Positions 11,588 to 22,599 of a DNA stretch of 64,000 nt are shown here, in pieces. Numbering within the stretch: position 1 is the stretch's first letter; each line of letters begins with the position of its first letter. The position numbers and the translations under genes were made by a program. The stretch is from Nitrospirota bacterium (GTDB lineage Bacteria; Nitrospirota; UBA9217). Location of the stretch: contig CAVUHW010000030.1 in assembly GCA_963741205.1 (NCBI GenBank), forward strand, positions 1-64,000. Reading direction: 5' to 3'. Below the pieces are notes generated by a model. It was given only the letters and a program-made list of their open reading frames with translations, was not told the DNA's origin and ran no database searches.

Positions 11588-12058
11588 TCAAATGGGCGAA
11601 ACAGGGCCCATGCTCTTACACTCTTCCTCAGGCTTATGATCCACGACTAGCCAACAAAGGTTGAGCTGCTTTATTGCATCGACAAACCCCTTGAAGTCCA
11701 CGGGCTTCATTATGTAGCTGTTTGCGCCCAATTGAAAACTCTCAACCCGGTCAATCTCTTCCAGCGAGCTGGTCAGCACCACGACGGGCAGCAGTTTAAG
11801 CCTTTCGTCCTTTCGTATCCGGTGCAATACCTCAATCCCGTCCATTTTTGGCATCCTGAGATCAAGAAGCACCACCTGCGGCAGCTGATTGATGTCACGG
11901 CCCGCGTATTTGCCGGTTCCGAAGAGATAATCGAGGGCCTCTGTTCCATCCGTTGCCACTACAACCTCATTCAAGATCTTGTTTTTCTTGAATGCATGCA
12001 GGGTAAGCAGCACGTCGTCTGAATTATCGTCTACCAACAGGATGACTTTGTCTTCCAT
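11588..12058 (-). CDS. Single-domain response regulator, Rcp1-like
   Basis: ILLVDDN, LLDLRMPKMDG, PVVVLTSS, GANSYIMKP. Confidence 0.9.
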   Translation of the reverse strand: MEDKVILLVDDNSDDVLLTLHAFKKNKILNEVVVATDGTEALDYLFGTGKYAGRDINQLPQVVLLDLRMPKMDGIEVLHRIRKDERLKLLPVVVLTSSLEEIDRVESFQLGANSYIMKPVDFKGFVDAIKQLNLCWLVVDHKPEEECKSMGPVSPI

Positions 12059-12611
12059 GGTGAACTATCCACTTCTGCTTCGTCATCGTGCCACATATGC
12101 ATCTTTATTGCTTTTCTCAACGCGAACCAGGATAATGGAAAGCAGCCTCTTCGGATTTATAAAGGACCATTATTATCCTAATTTACAGTATATCACTTTC
12201 CGCCGGACATTTCATGAAAGTGCAAAATCATGCACAGATGCCGCATGCAATAAATAGCGGCGCCTTAATCCTGGAAGAGCGTTTAGCATGTTTTGGGACG
12301 GGTTGTCTTGCATGAAAAAAACTGGCGCGATAAACACAGATAAGATGACGGATGCTTGCCTGTGTGAAGGGCGGGAAACTTTTTAGCCTGGCGTCTTCTG
12401 TGACGGCATGAAGAATGTTATTCAGATGAAGGGTTATGATTCCGGGACAAGGGTCGGGGACATTTATCCTGTGTCGCGCCTAACTTGCTTTACTTCATGT
12501 GAACGGATACAGTGGTGACGAACACCGATACGCTGGCTAAACCTAAGAGAGACGATGATGCACGGAGGCTGATTATCGCCAAGCACCAGAGGGGGCGGAG
12601 TCCGGAGCTCC

Positions 12612-13517
12612 TCAGGCCGTTTCCACCCGGTCCCGACCATGCTCCTTTGCCTGGTATAAAGCGCGGTCCACGCGCTGGGTGAGTCGATCTTCAGTATCGC
12701 TCATGAGCTGCGCCACTCCGAAGCTGCACGTTACTCTCCCGACCCCCTGAATATGATGCCGTCCGATCATGAGGCGCAGATGCTCCGCGAGTAATCTCGC
12801 ATTGTCCTGTCCTGTGTTCGTCGCCAAAATCATGAACTCCTCGCCGCCCCACCGTGCGAAGACGTCATGAACTCTTATATTTTCCTTAACCAGCCCGACG
12901 ATTTCGCGCAGGACCTCATCACCCACATGATGCCCCCAGGAATCATTGACATTTTTAAAATGGTCAATGTCGAACATGATCAGCGAGAGAGGCATAGCGT
13001 ACCGTTTCGAGCGCTGGATCTCGGCGTACAGCGTATTATTAAACTTCAACCGGTTTAGGATGCCCGTTAACGGGTCGGTGGTGGCCTGGTGCTCTAATTG
13101 CTCATTGAGCCGTTTTAACTCTTCAGCCGTCCTTTTGCGCTCGATAGCGTAGCGAATTGAGCGCATAAGCAGGCTGCCGGCAATTTGTCCCTTTACGAGA
13201 TAGTCCTGTGCGCCTTTATGAACAGCCTCCACCGCTAAATCGTCGTCATCATGGCCGGTCAGCACTATTATCGGGACATTAGGCGACAATGCATACACTT
13301 TGTCAAAAGCGCCGAGGCCGTGGGCCCCCGGCAGGCCGAGGTCCAGCAGCACCACATCAACACCGCCGCTCTTTAGGCGTTCCAGGCCTTTACGAAGCTC
13401 GTCTACATGGTGGACCTGATATAAAACCTTCATCGCCTTGGACAAGTAGCGCTGAATAAGCAGGGCGTCGTCGTGATTATCTTCGACAAGCAGAACGACG
13501 ATCTCCTCGATATCCAT
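12612..13517 (-). CDS. REC-GGDEF diguanylate cyclase
   Basis: Receiver plus DIDHFK..ND..GH and RVHD..ARWGGEEF (I-site RxxD present). Confidence 0.92.
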   Translation of the reverse strand: MDIEEIVVLLVEDNHDDALLIQRYLSKAMKVLYQVHHVDELRKGLERLKSGGVDVVLLDLGLPGAHGLGAFDKVYALSPNVPIIVLTGHDDDDLAVEAVHKGAQDYLVKGQIAGSLLMRSIRYAIERKRTAEELKRLNEQLEHQATTDPLTGILNRLKFNNTLYAEIQRSKRYAMPLSLIMFDIDHFKNVNDSWGHHVGDEVLREIVGLVKENIRVHDVFARWGGEEFMILATNTGQDNARLLAEHLRLMIGRHHIQGVGRVTCSFGVAQLMSDTEDRLTQRVDRALYQAKEHGRDRVETA

Positions 13518-13653
13518 GGATGCTCCCCTTCTCCTCTCGCTCTGGGGTCTAAGGTTGTGCATGCACACTTCAGTTATATATGGATAGAGCGTAAGGTTAG
13601 ACTTCCCCATTAAAGTATAGGGGAAATTATTTTCAAGACTACTCAAAATAGAA

Positions 13654-13995
13654 ACCTCCTGCTAAGAATTAGTTTATGTGGGAACTAAATTCAAAAGGCA
13701 GGAGGTATCTATGAACTGCATAGATGATAGCAGACTTGAGCAGTTTCATCAACTAAAGAAAGAGATTCTTGATTCGGAGAAGTATTTGATTGTCGGCATT
13801 GATGCCGCGAAAGAGAAGCACAACGCATTCTTCGGTACGTCCTGAGGTAAAACGCTGGTTAAAAATCCGGTCTTTCACAACACGCTTGATGGCTTTCAAA
13901 AGTTGCTCGCTAACGTCGAGCGAATCAAGGTCCAGTACAACGTAACAGAGGTCGTTTTCGGCATCGAGCCGACAGGGCGCTACCACAAACCTTAA
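13654..13995 (+). mobile_element. IS110-family transposase remnant (N-terminal DEDD part) with an upstream hairpin
   Basis: ATG 13711: YLIVGIDAAKEKH...VVFGIEPTGRYH; internal TGA at 13843, ends 13995. Confidence 0.8.
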
Positions 13996-14039
13996 CAGGA
14001 GGAACATGGGATTTACCTTGAGGGGCGCGGCTGCACGTT

Positions 14040-14456
14040 CTACATAGCCGCGTATCGCGTGGGGATTTCCCTTTTTGGCATCAGGAAAGGAAGGGGGGAC
14101 AGGTGCTCCATGATCAGACGCGTCGTCTCTTCGTAATCGAAAGGCTTTTCAATACAGCGGGTGATCCCAAGCGACCTGAGCTTCGCAACGACAGCGGAGG
14201 ATGCATAGGAGGTCATGGCGATGAGGGGAACGGACGGGTAGAGACGGTTTTTATGCTCGATAAGCTGGTAGCCGTTCATGAAGGGCATCTCAAGGTCAGT
14301 CAGGACCAGTGCCACCTTCTTCCTATCCAGGATGGCCGCGGCTTCAAGTCCGTTTCTTGCCTTCAGAAGAATATAACCCTTTGCTGAAACGCCCAGGGTC
14401 AGTGCAAGTGCCTCAAGGAGGTACTGGTTGTCGTCGACGAGCAGAATGTTATCCAT
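14040..14456 (-). CDS. Single-domain response regulator
   Basis: ILLVDDN, VLTDLEMP..NG, EKPF. Confidence 0.88.
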   Translation of the reverse strand: MDNILLVDDNQYLLEALALTLGVSAKGYILLKARNGLEAAAILDRKKVALVLTDLEMPFMNGYQLIEHKNRLYPSVPLIAMTSYASSAVVAKLRSLGITRCIEKPFDYEETTRLIMEHLSPLPFLMPKREIPTRYAAM

Positions 14457-14564
14457 ACTATGATCTTATTGGGCCGACACTCCCGAATGATTCTAAGGGT
14501 ACTGATCATCGCCATCAGATGGTCAAAGTCCAAGGTGTTTGCCGGGCCGTTCCTTCGGCGCGTT

Positions 14565-15560
14565 CTACAGCATGTCGCTCAACGCGATGTTTCTGACCTG
14601 CATGAAGTTCCGAAGCTTGCGGATGGCCTGGTTCTCGATCTGCCGCACTCGCTCCCGCGTGATGCCGAACTGTATTCCGATGCTGTCGAGGGTCCGGGCA
14701 TTATGACTGTTGAGTCCGTAGCGCATCTCGAGAATGCTGCGCTCGGTCGTCGGGAGCTCGGAGATCCATTCATTGAGGTATTCGCGCCGGCGCTGTTCGT
14801 CGATTGCGCTGGATGGGGCCGGCATGTTTTCGTCGGAAAGCACGTCTTTAAGCGTATCGTCGCCCTCCCCGCTGATCAGCATGTCGAGGGAGTAGGTTTC
14901 CCGCGTAATCTGCGATATCACCCTGATCCGGTTGACGCTCACCTTCATTTTCTTTGCAATCTCCTCGGACGACGGTTCACGGCCGAGAAGCTGCGTCAGT
15001 TTCCGAACCGTGCGGGAATAGGAATTGGCCAGCTCCGCGACATGGACAGGCAGCCGGATGATCCGCACCTGGTTTGCGATGGAGCGCTCGATGGACTGCC
15101 TGATCCACCATGACGCGTAGGTGCTAAACTTGAAGCCCCGCTTGTATTCGAACTTCTCCACCGCCCGGATCAGCCCGAGATTTCCCTCCTCGATGATGTC
15201 AGCGAAGGGAAGTCCCCTGTTGATGTACCGCTTGCCGATGGACACGACGAGGCGCAGGTTGGACTCAATCATTTTCGCCCGGGCCTCCTCGTCTCCATTT
15301 TCGATGCGTTTCGCCAGGGCCTGTTCTTCCGCGAAGGTGAGGAGCGGAGTTTTGCGTATCTCCTGCAGATACAGCTTGAAAGTGTCGAAATCGGACGTGG
15401 TTGACTCCCCGCTTTTGAGCTTCGTCCGTCCGTCAACGGCGTCTTTATGCCCGTCGCTCTCCACAGCCTCGGCGTGATAATGGCCGTCTTCCCAGGTATC
15501 ATCCGGAAACGTGTTCTGCACCCCTTCTTCCTCGTATGCGATTCCTGAATTGGTGATCAT
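14565..15560 (-). CDS. RpoD/RpoS-family sigma factor lacking region 1.1 (RpoS-like)
   Basis: [43 protein letters not shown]. Confidence 0.92.
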   Translation of the reverse strand: MITNSGIAYEEEGVQNTFPDDTWEDGHYHAEAVESDGHKDAVDGRTKLKSGESTTSDFDTFKLYLQEIRKTPLLTFAEEQALAKRIENGDEEARAKMIESNLRLVVSIGKRYINRGLPFADIIEEGNLGLIRAVEKFEYKRGFKFSTYASWWIRQSIERSIANQVRIIRLPVHVAELANSYSRTVRKLTQLLGREPSSEEIAKKMKVSVNRIRVISQITRETYSLDMLISGEGDDTLKDVLSDENMPAPSSAIDEQRRREYLNEWISELPTTERSILEMRYGLNSHNARTLDSIGIQFGITRERVRQIENQAIRKLRNFMQVRNIALSDML

Positions 15561-15764
15561 GCCGCCTCCCTTGGTTGAAGAATTCCAAGCCGGTGTCCGA
15601 GATGAACTTAATTTTGCAATCGATGTTATTTTAATTTATTTGCGCTCCGAAGCCAGAATCGGAGCGTATGTTCTTCCTCTGTGTTTTCCCGTAGTGACGT
15701 CTAAAATCATTCCTAATCGTTTTGCTCTCCCGGTTCCGCCTTCCAGCCGGCCCTGCCGCTTAGG

Positions 15765-16139
15765 TTAACTCGCGTCCAGTATCGTTTCGGCGATCTCACG
15801 GAGATCAAGCGGTTTTTCGAGATAACCGGTGAAGTGCAAGCCGTCCAGGCGGTCCTCTACGGAGTTACGGGAATAAGCAGACATAATGATTACAGGCGTT
15901 CCGGGATGTCTTTGGTTAACTTCCCGCAGCACCTGATACCCGTTCATGCCTGGCATGTTCAGGTCTGTCACCACGACATCGAACTTAAAGGTCCGAAGCA
16001 TCTCGAGGGCCTTTTCCGCGGTGGCCGCAGTCATAATCTGCAGCCGCTGCGAACTCAGGCGCAAACCTTCAGCGAGGTCGTTGAGAAAAGGCGCTTCATC
16101 ATCGATTAAGAGCGCATCTACGTTTTTCTTTGCCAACAT
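15765..16139 (-). CDS. Single-domain response regulator
   Basis: LLIDDE, VVTDLNMPGMNG, EKP. Confidence 0.88.
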   Translation of the reverse strand: MLAKKNVDALLIDDEAPFLNDLAEGLRLSSQRLQIMTAATAEKALEMLRTFKFDVVVTDLNMPGMNGYQVLREVNQRHPGTPVIIMSAYSRNSVEDRLDGLHFTGYLEKPLDLREIAETILDAS

Positions 16140-16150
16140 GAGATAATTAA

Positions 16151-16166
16151 AGCAAAGGATATGCCA
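16151..16166 (-). promoter_or_regulatory. sigma54 promoter
   Basis: Minus strand TGGCAT-ATCCT-TTGCT, near consensus. Confidence 0.75.
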
Positions 16167-16409
16167 AAAATTAAACAAATAATGATTGCGAAATAACAAC
16201 AGGTTGACTGAATGTTACGACTTTTAAGGGGCGTGTTAGGTTATTTCGAGTTGCTCATTTTGAGGGGGTCCACTAATATTTAGCTGTATTCTTTTTCTCT
16301 TGAGTGTAACGATTGAATGTTACCATAATACTCACTCGGAAAATGACGGTTACAACAGGCAGGGTGACTCCACCCTGCTAAAACTTTATTTTTTCTTCAC
16401 TTTAAGAAG

Positions 16410-17090
16410 CTACCTCAAAAAGGGATTGATATTATCAACCTGATATGCTGCTGTTCCCGTGTCCTGAGTATACAATTTTAATACTGTTCCGGAATCGTCG
16501 ACCACCCAATAATCCGTCTGTGTTGTTGCGGGTATGACTGCAGTACAGTTTAGAACATCTGTAGCCAAGCCGTTGGCCCAGCTTGTTTTTCCACACAGTG
16601 CCCTGGAATTAAATAAATTTGCAACCAAGTCCGACCCCGGCGTCAAGGTTGCAGAATTAAACACCCCCGTGACCGCGGTGGCTTTTGAATTGGATGCTGC
16701 TCCCGCCGGCGGTGAGGTGGAACCGCTCCCATCGGTCCAGGTTGCGGTGGACTCCGCGCCCATCGTTGCAGTTATCGTTGCTGCGAAGATCTCGTCGGGA
16801 GCTGTTGTTTGGAGACAGCTTGAGGTCGTGGAGGTAGAGCCAGACCAGAGGGAGCTGTTCAACGTGATCGAACCTCCGCTGAACGTTTGTATTTCAAGTT
16901 GATTTGTCCCATCGGTATTATTATGCACACAGCGTTTCCACGCTCCATTCATATTCACAGCATTTCCGGAAGTTCCCTTCATGGCTAGTGATGCAGGTTC
17001 GGACGTCGTGCTACCTTTGCTCCCGCAGGCCGCAAGAAAGACCGGGATTATTAACAGTGGGATGAAGATTTTAAATTGCTTTGACTTCAT
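16410..17090 (-). CDS. Hypothetical Ser/Thr-rich lipoprotein
   Basis: AGGAG RBS, lipobox LAAC, four further Cys; hairpin terminator at ~16358-16379. Confidence 0.75.
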   Translation of the reverse strand: MKSKQFKIFIPLLIIPVFLAACGSKGSTTSEPASLAMKGTSGNAVNMNGAWKRCVHNNTDGTNQLEIQTFSGGSITLNSSLWSGSTSTTSSCLQTTAPDEIFAATITATMGAESTATWTDGSGSTSPPAGAASNSKATAVTGVFNSATLTPGSDLVANLFNSRALCGKTSWANGLATDVLNCTAVIPATTQTDYWVVDDSGTVLKLYTQDTGTAAYQVDNINPFLR

Positions 17091-17317
17091 CGGATGATTC
17101 TCCTTTGTGAGTGATATCGATAATAACGTAATCCCGAAGCAAGATCAAGATAAGGATAAAGCTTTGTCATTAGTTTATCACTTCTCCTCAACTTTCCAGG
17201 ATACTCTTTGCGGAACTGGTCACCAATAAGAGACATGATTTTAGTATGGCCTGTCTTTATTGTCGATGGCAATAAACCTGCAGCAGGGAGATGTATGACA
17301 GCATGATTAGAGCTCAA

Positions 17318-17515
17318 CTATTCCCCGCTATTAGGCCGCTTCAATCCGACCAACGCGTCCGGTGAATAGGATATCTCCAGAAAATCCTCAAGCCGCCGTT
17401 CAGCTTCAGCTTCGCTGTTTGCGGAAATGTTTATTTCGTATTCGCTTCCATCCAGCTTGCGAAGGACAAAGATAAATTTCTTTCTCGTATTATCCTCTAT
17501 TTTTCTGATAAACAT
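17318..17515 (-). CDS. Small hypothetical protein
   Basis: AGGAGG RBS and a 65-aa ORF. Confidence 0.5.
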   Translation of the reverse strand: MFIRKIEDNTRKKFIFVLRKLDGSEYEINISANSEAEAERRLEDFLEISYSPDALVGLKRPNSGE

Positions 17516-17681
17516 TTGTACCTCCTGATCGGTTCCAGGGTCTTATGGTCAATATTCTTAATTTCCCAAAGTGCTCATGCATAATTTCTGCGAGACACTG
17601 GAATGCCTAAACAACTAATCAGCCCTGCCGGCAATAGCTCATTATCCTGATCCGGTCATGGAGTCTACCCTTTTACTCGCT

Positions 17682-18140
17682 TCATGCATGTCTTGGCCTG
17701 ATGATTCTCTTGGGGATTCGATGAGCATAGTCGTTAGGGACAATTTCGGCAATTCGTGAAGAGAGATAGACACCTCCTGCCGCTACGGTCAGTATGGCAC
17801 CTATAATTTCTTCATAGGCGCTGTCTTTCAGAACGTAGCCCGATGCGCCGGCATTCATCATTTCCAGGACAACCCGCTTTTCAGTGTGCATCGACAACGC
17901 TATAATTCTTGAAGCAGCACTTTCCTCCACTATTTGTCGGGTTGCTTCTACCCCGTTAATTCCCGGCATCGAAATATCCATGATGAGAATGTCAGGTGCC
18001 AGTCTGGCCGCAAGTTCCACTGCCGATTCTCCATCTTCCGCTTCCGCTATGACTGTCATGACGGATAGTTTCGTAATTAACGAACGGAGTTCGTCACGCA
18101 CCATTTTGTGATCGTCTGCTAGAAGTATTTTAATAACCAC
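17682..18140 (-). CDS. NarL/LuxR-type response regulator receiver, HTH missing
   Basis: ILLADDH, MDISMPGING, ALSMH, GASGYVLK; no LuxR HTH follows. Confidence 0.75.
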   Translation of the reverse strand: MVIKILLADDHKMVRDELRSLITKLSVMTVIAEAEDGESAVELAARLAPDILIMDISMPGINGVEATRQIVEESAASRIIALSMHTEKRVVLEMMNAGASGYVLKDSAYEEIIGAILTVAAGGVYLSSRIAEIVPNDYAHRIPKRIIRPRHA

Positions 18141-18253
18141 GACGGCCCCACCTTATATCTCTTAATTTGAAGTCTGACCCTTACGTTGTGCAATAAATTG
18201 TCTTTTTTTTATAAGGGTGCTGACAAAAGATATCACCGGGGATAAAGGCTGGC

Positions 18254-18272
18254 AATCAGGGATTCCCTGATT
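18254..18272. promoter_or_regulatory. Perfect 19-bp palindrome, probable operator
   Basis: AATCAGGGA-T-TCCCTGATT upstream of the NarL-type gene. Confidence 0.5.
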
Positions 18273-18418
18273 TTTGCTTCGTTTTTCCTGACACGGGGAA
18301 GGCGGAACTGGTGGGCAAGTGATAGCGATTTTTTATGGTAACGGGTCGACCCGCTATCTATTTTATGGGTATATGTATAGCGAATTCTGTACGATATTAT
18401 GAGTTTAGATGAGCCTTG

Positions 18419-19258
18419 TTAACGAACGGTTGAGATTGTCCGTTTGTCCGGCACCGGGCAGGCCTGTCCGCCCTTGTGCCGATGCACGAGTCTAAGCAGT
18501 TCCTCTTGTCGGGCAGAAGATAAACCGAGGCTCTCCTTTTCCTTCAGCAATGATTCATAGGAGCCTTCACCCCCCAAATAGCCATTTACGCGGGCTACTG
18601 CTGTCGAGGCAAGGTATTCCGCAGGAGATGCATATATCTTCTTTAGCTCATTCTGAAATTCTGGGAATTGCTGGAGGCTGTGCTTCTGGTGGTAATTCTC
18701 CGCCAGCGTGAAGCCGTTATAGGGAACGATTTCTGTGTAGACCGTGCTGCCGCGGTCCATCATGACCCTGGCCTTAGACGCCTCCGCCTGCCGCCTCTGT
18801 TCCTCGTTATGAACGAAGATGATGGATGCGTACTGACGGGACCAGCTCCGGTAAGTGGGGTCATGTCCTGTCCAGAAGGCCTCAAGCAAATCCGGGTAGG
18901 TGATCTTCGAGGGGTCATAGTCGATCTGGATGGTTTCAGTATGGTCGCCTAAATCGTGGTAGGTCGGGTTTTGCCTGGTCCCGCCTGCGTACCCCACGCG
19001 CGTTCTGACCACGCCGGGCAAGCTCCCGAACCGGGAGTCCGGGCCCCAGAATCAACCCATGGCAAAGGTTGCGGTTGCAATCTGTTTCGGTAGCTGGGTA
19101 TCGATCAGCGGTTTGGACGGCACAGCATCGGAAGCAAAGACATTCTGTTTCATACCAGAAATCCACCTTTCAGTTGTGGGATTTATTGCGTTTCCGATCG
19201 CTGCTACAAGCATCATCAGGAGCAGGAGCGCCGGGATTCGCACAACTGTTTTCGTCAA
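18419..19258 (-). CDS. msrA: Peptide-methionine (S)-S-oxide reductase MsrA with an in-frame UGA at the catalytic position (selenoprotein type)
   Basis: ATFAMG-TGA(19052-19054)-FWGPDS..GVVRTRVGYAGG, DHTETIQIDYDP, AENYHQK. Confidence 0.92.
19014..19051 (-). promoter_or_regulatory. Bacterial SECIS-like hairpin
   Basis: Stem CTCCCG/CGGGAG with a G-starting loop 20 nt after the UGA; lower GGGC/GCCC pairing. Confidence 0.65.
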
Positions 19259-19413
19259 AGTAGTTATATTCTTACCCCGGATAAGATGGAAATTTATGCT
19301 TCAAAAATTATAGTAATTTATCCCACCTTTCCCTGGACAAAAGCAAGATAAATTCGGGACCCGAAAAGCTACAGGCATGGAACGGCGCTTGGTAAAACAG
19401 CCGCAAACTATGT

Positions 19414-19615
19414 TTATGCTACGGAAGCCTTGGCCCTGCATGTCGCCTGCACGAGTTCTTCCCCTTCTGTCTTCTTCCCGTTTTGCATCATGTATTTTGC
19501 CCCCCACTTGTGCATCGCGTCAAGGATAGGGCGCAGGCTCGTTCCAATGTCGGTGAGCGAGTATTCAACGCGGGGCGGGACCTCCGTGCAGATCTTCCGA
19601 CTGACCAGGCTGTCT
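19414..19615 (-). pseudogene. HxlR-family regulator, C-terminal half
   Basis: LVSRKICTEVPPRVEYSLTDIG..LRPIL; N-terminus not recognisable. Confidence 0.6.
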
Positions 19616-19829
19616 TGCCCGGGATGGAACAATGTCTGGACGGTGTTTCCGAGAATGTTAATCTCCAAATACACAAGGCCGTCAAGAACTTAGGTCCAAT
19701 CCAGAAAGCATGTGCATGGAGACAATTAACGTAAATTGTGCTACGCTTTACTGGTGCGGTGGAACGCTACACACCAGAATCTGTTCTTGTCTGTAAAAGG
19801 TTCTTATTCAGTTCAACGGAGGTAGAACT

Positions 19830-20415
19830 ATGTCAAAAAAAATTGCAATCATCGGCAAAGGCAATGTTGGGAAAGCGCTTGCTGAAGGACTGCGGCGTGC
19901 CGGGAATGAAGTCCGTTTCGGTTCCAAGGACACGCAGGAGTCACCGCGTAGCGCGTCAGTATGGGCAGATATAGTAATTCTGGCTGTTCCCTGGGGTGCC
20001 CATGTTGAAATTGCCAAGACGGTCGGGGGCGCACTCGATGGGAAAACCGTTGTGGATGTCAGTAATGTCTTAACACCTTCTTATGATCTCGCACTCGGCT
20101 TCACCACTTCCGGCGCGGAAGAACTGCAAAAACAGTTACCCGGAGCAAAGGTAGTTAAGGCGTTCAATACGATATTTGCCCAAAACATGAGCACTGGCAA
20201 GTTGCATGGGGAACGTCTGACTACCCTCGTTGCCGGCGACGATCCCGTCAGTAAAGGCATGGTACGTAAGCTTGCAGAAGGAAATAGGGTTTGATTCCGT
20301 GGATGCGGGGCCATTGAAGTCCGCTCGTTACCTTGAGCCGCTTGGCATGCTTAATATTACTCTCGGCTATATACTTAAGATGGGGACGGAAATCGGTTTC
20401 AGACTTGTGCACTGA
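19830..20415 (+). CDS. NADPH-dependent F420 reductase family oxidoreductase (frameshift near 20280)
   Basis: IIGKGNVG, LAVPW, VVKAFNT, DAGPL..ARYLEP. Confidence 0.88.
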
Positions 20416-20505
20416 GATTGAGGCCGCCGCAATAAACCTCCGTTAAAACGAAGCCGCATCATAACCCGAAATGCATATTTTTGGAATTCTAAAAGGAGGA
20501 ACAAA

Positions 20506-21096
20506 ATGAAGAACGCGATGGTTGTTTTATGCATGATTGGAATGCTCTTGTTGGGTTTCACGGCCCCGGCAATTGCAGACGACACAAAGGGAGGCTACTC
20601 TCCGGAAATGCAGGCGAAGATCGAAGAGACGAAAAATGAACTTAAAAAATTCACCGATGAGAAAGCGACCGTCGAGAAGAACATCAAGACCTTTGATGAA
20701 CTGGATTTCGTGGTCTTCAGCAATCAGGAATGGACACGGCTGCATGAAAGCCATTCAAAAGACGTCAAGGTCAACTGGCCTGACGGACATTACACGACCG
20801 GCATCGAAAAGCACATTGAAGATCTCAAGGCGTTATTCGTGTATTCGCCCGATACGAGCATCAAAGTCCATCCGGTCAAGTTCGGATCAGGGGAATGGAC
20901 CTCCGTCATAGGAGTGATGACCGGGACCTTTACCAAACCCATGCCAATCGGAGACGGGAAATTTATCCAACCCACAGGCAAAAAATTCTCCATCAACATG
21001 TGCACGGTGGGGCATTGGAAGGACGGCGTCATGATCGAAGAATGGCTGTTCTGGGACAATGCGACGTACGCGAAGCAAATTGGAATAGGGAATTAA
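20506..21096 (+). CDS. Exported SnoaL-like/ester cyclase family protein
   Basis: Signal peptide; FDELDF.VFS, WPDG..T.GI..HIEDL, GTFTKPM. Confidence 0.8.
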   Translation: MKNAMVVLCMIGMLLLGFTAPAIADDTKGGYSPEMQAKIEETKNELKKFTDEKATVEKNIKTFDELDFVVFSNQEWTRLHESHSKDVKVNWPDGHYTTGIEKHIEDLKALFVYSPDTSIKVHPVKFGSGEWTSVIGVMTGTFTKPMPIGDGKFIQPTGKKFSINMCTVGHWKDGVMIEEWLFWDNATYAKQIGIGN

Positions 21097-21200
21097 GACG
21101 ATCTCGGGAGGGTGGGCGAAAGGGAGAGTATTTTCCTTGATATGATTAAACATTTCAGGTAATACCGCCGCCCTGAATCCATGGCGGAAGGGGAAGACCC

Positions 21201-22475
21201 ATGGACCTTTTCAACATCATCGCCGTGCTGCTGACCCTCTCGGCTGCCTTCGGCTACCTGAACCACCGCTACATCAAGATGCCCGTCGCAATCGGAACCA
21301 TGCTCATATCCATGGTCCTGTCCGTGGCCGTTGTCGTTGCAGGACATCTCGGCGGGATCGGGTCGGGCATCGAGGAGCGATGGCTGGGGCTTGTCGGAAG
21401 CATCGAGTTCGACAAGACCCTGCTCGTCGGAATGCTCGGTTTCCTCCTCTTCGCGGGAGCGCTTGAGATAAACCTCGACGACCTTCTGCCCCGCTGGCGG
21501 GAAGTCCTCCTTCTGGCGACGGTCGGCACCGCACTATCCACGGCGCTCATCGCGGCAGCGGCGTACGGCATCACCCGGTGGCTTGACCTCAATATAGATT
21601 TCCTCCACTGCCTGATCTTCGGCGCTCTTATCTCTCCAACCGACCCTATCGCCGTGCTCGGCATCCTACGGGCATCGGGCGTGCCAAAGAGTCTGGAATC
21701 GCTTATCTCCGGCGAGTCGCTGTTCAACGACGGCGTGGGCGTCGTCATCTTCGTCACGCTGCTCGGCATTGCGGGCGGAGAGGCGAACATCTCGGCCAGC
21801 CGTATTGGCCTGTCCTTTCTGCAGGAGTTTGGCGGCGGACTCCTCTTCGGACTCGCCATTGGCTGGATCGCTTTTCTGCTCCTGAGGAGCATCGACAATT
21901 ATCACGTTGAGATCCTGATTACCCTTTCGCTCGTTACCGGGGGATACGCCCTTGCCTCGGCGCTTCATACGTCCGGCCCCATTGCCATGGTCGTGGCGGG
22001 GCTTCTCATCGGGAACCATGGACGCCGCTTCGCCATGTCCGAACGTACGCGGCATAACCTCGACACCTTCTGGGAGTTAGTGGACCAGATTCTGAACTCC
22101 CTCCTCTTCGTCCTGATCGGCCTGGAAGTGATGATCGTCTCCGTTTCGTTTACCATCGTGGCTGCCGGGCTGCTCTCGATAGTTTCGGCTCTGGCTGCGC
22201 GGTTCATATCTCTCGGGATTCCCCTTGCGCTCCTGCCCGATCAGGACTTAAAGGGCGGCCGTTCCCTTACCATTATGACCTGGGGCGGCCTGCGGGGTGG
22301 CATCTCCGTAGCGCTGGCCTTGTCTCTCCCCCACGGACCCGAGCGCGACACGATAATCGCCATGACCTACATCGTCGTAGTCTTCTCGATCCTGGTCCAG
22401 GGTTTGACAGTCGGGAAAATTTCCTCCCTGCCCGGACCACCTGCATTCTTCCGGAGTTTTTTGTTACGGAAATAA
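21201..22475 (+). CDS. CPA1 Na+/H+ antiporter (NhaP-like)
   Basis: FGALISPTDPIAV, GESLFNDG, WGGLRG. Confidence 0.92.
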   Translation: MDLFNIIAVLLTLSAAFGYLNHRYIKMPVAIGTMLISMVLSVAVVVAGHLGGIGSGIEERWLGLVGSIEFDKTLLVGMLGFLLFAGALEINLDDLLPRWREVLLLATVGTALSTALIAAAAYGITRWLDLNIDFLHCLIFGALISPTDPIAVLGILRASGVPKSLESLISGESLFNDGVGVVIFVTLLGIAGGEANISASRIGLSFLQEFGGGLLFGLAIGWIAFLLLRSIDNYHVEILITLSLVTGGYALASALHTSGPIAMVVAGLLIGNHGRRFAMSERTRHNLDTFWELVDQILNSLLFVLIGLEVMIVSVSFTIVAAGLLSIVSALAARFISLGIPLALLPDQDLKGGRSLTIMTWGGLRGGISVALALSLPHGPERDTIIAMTYIVVVFSILVQGLTVGKISSLPGPPAFFRSFLLRK

Positions 22476-22599
22476 TCTCATGACGTTGTATCGTGGCAAG
22501 ACTTTTTCCTGGCGCCCTTGACAGCCCGTGTTCATGGCCCTATGCTGATAACAAGAAGGCCGGTTCCCATGAATCTGGATCAGGATCAAAGAGGAATCC

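Noticed and set aside
13843-13845. In-frame TGA in the IS110 remnant as selenocysteine
   Set aside because: Not at a recognisable Cys or redox position, and the ORF is truncated shortly after; a simple nonsense mutation.
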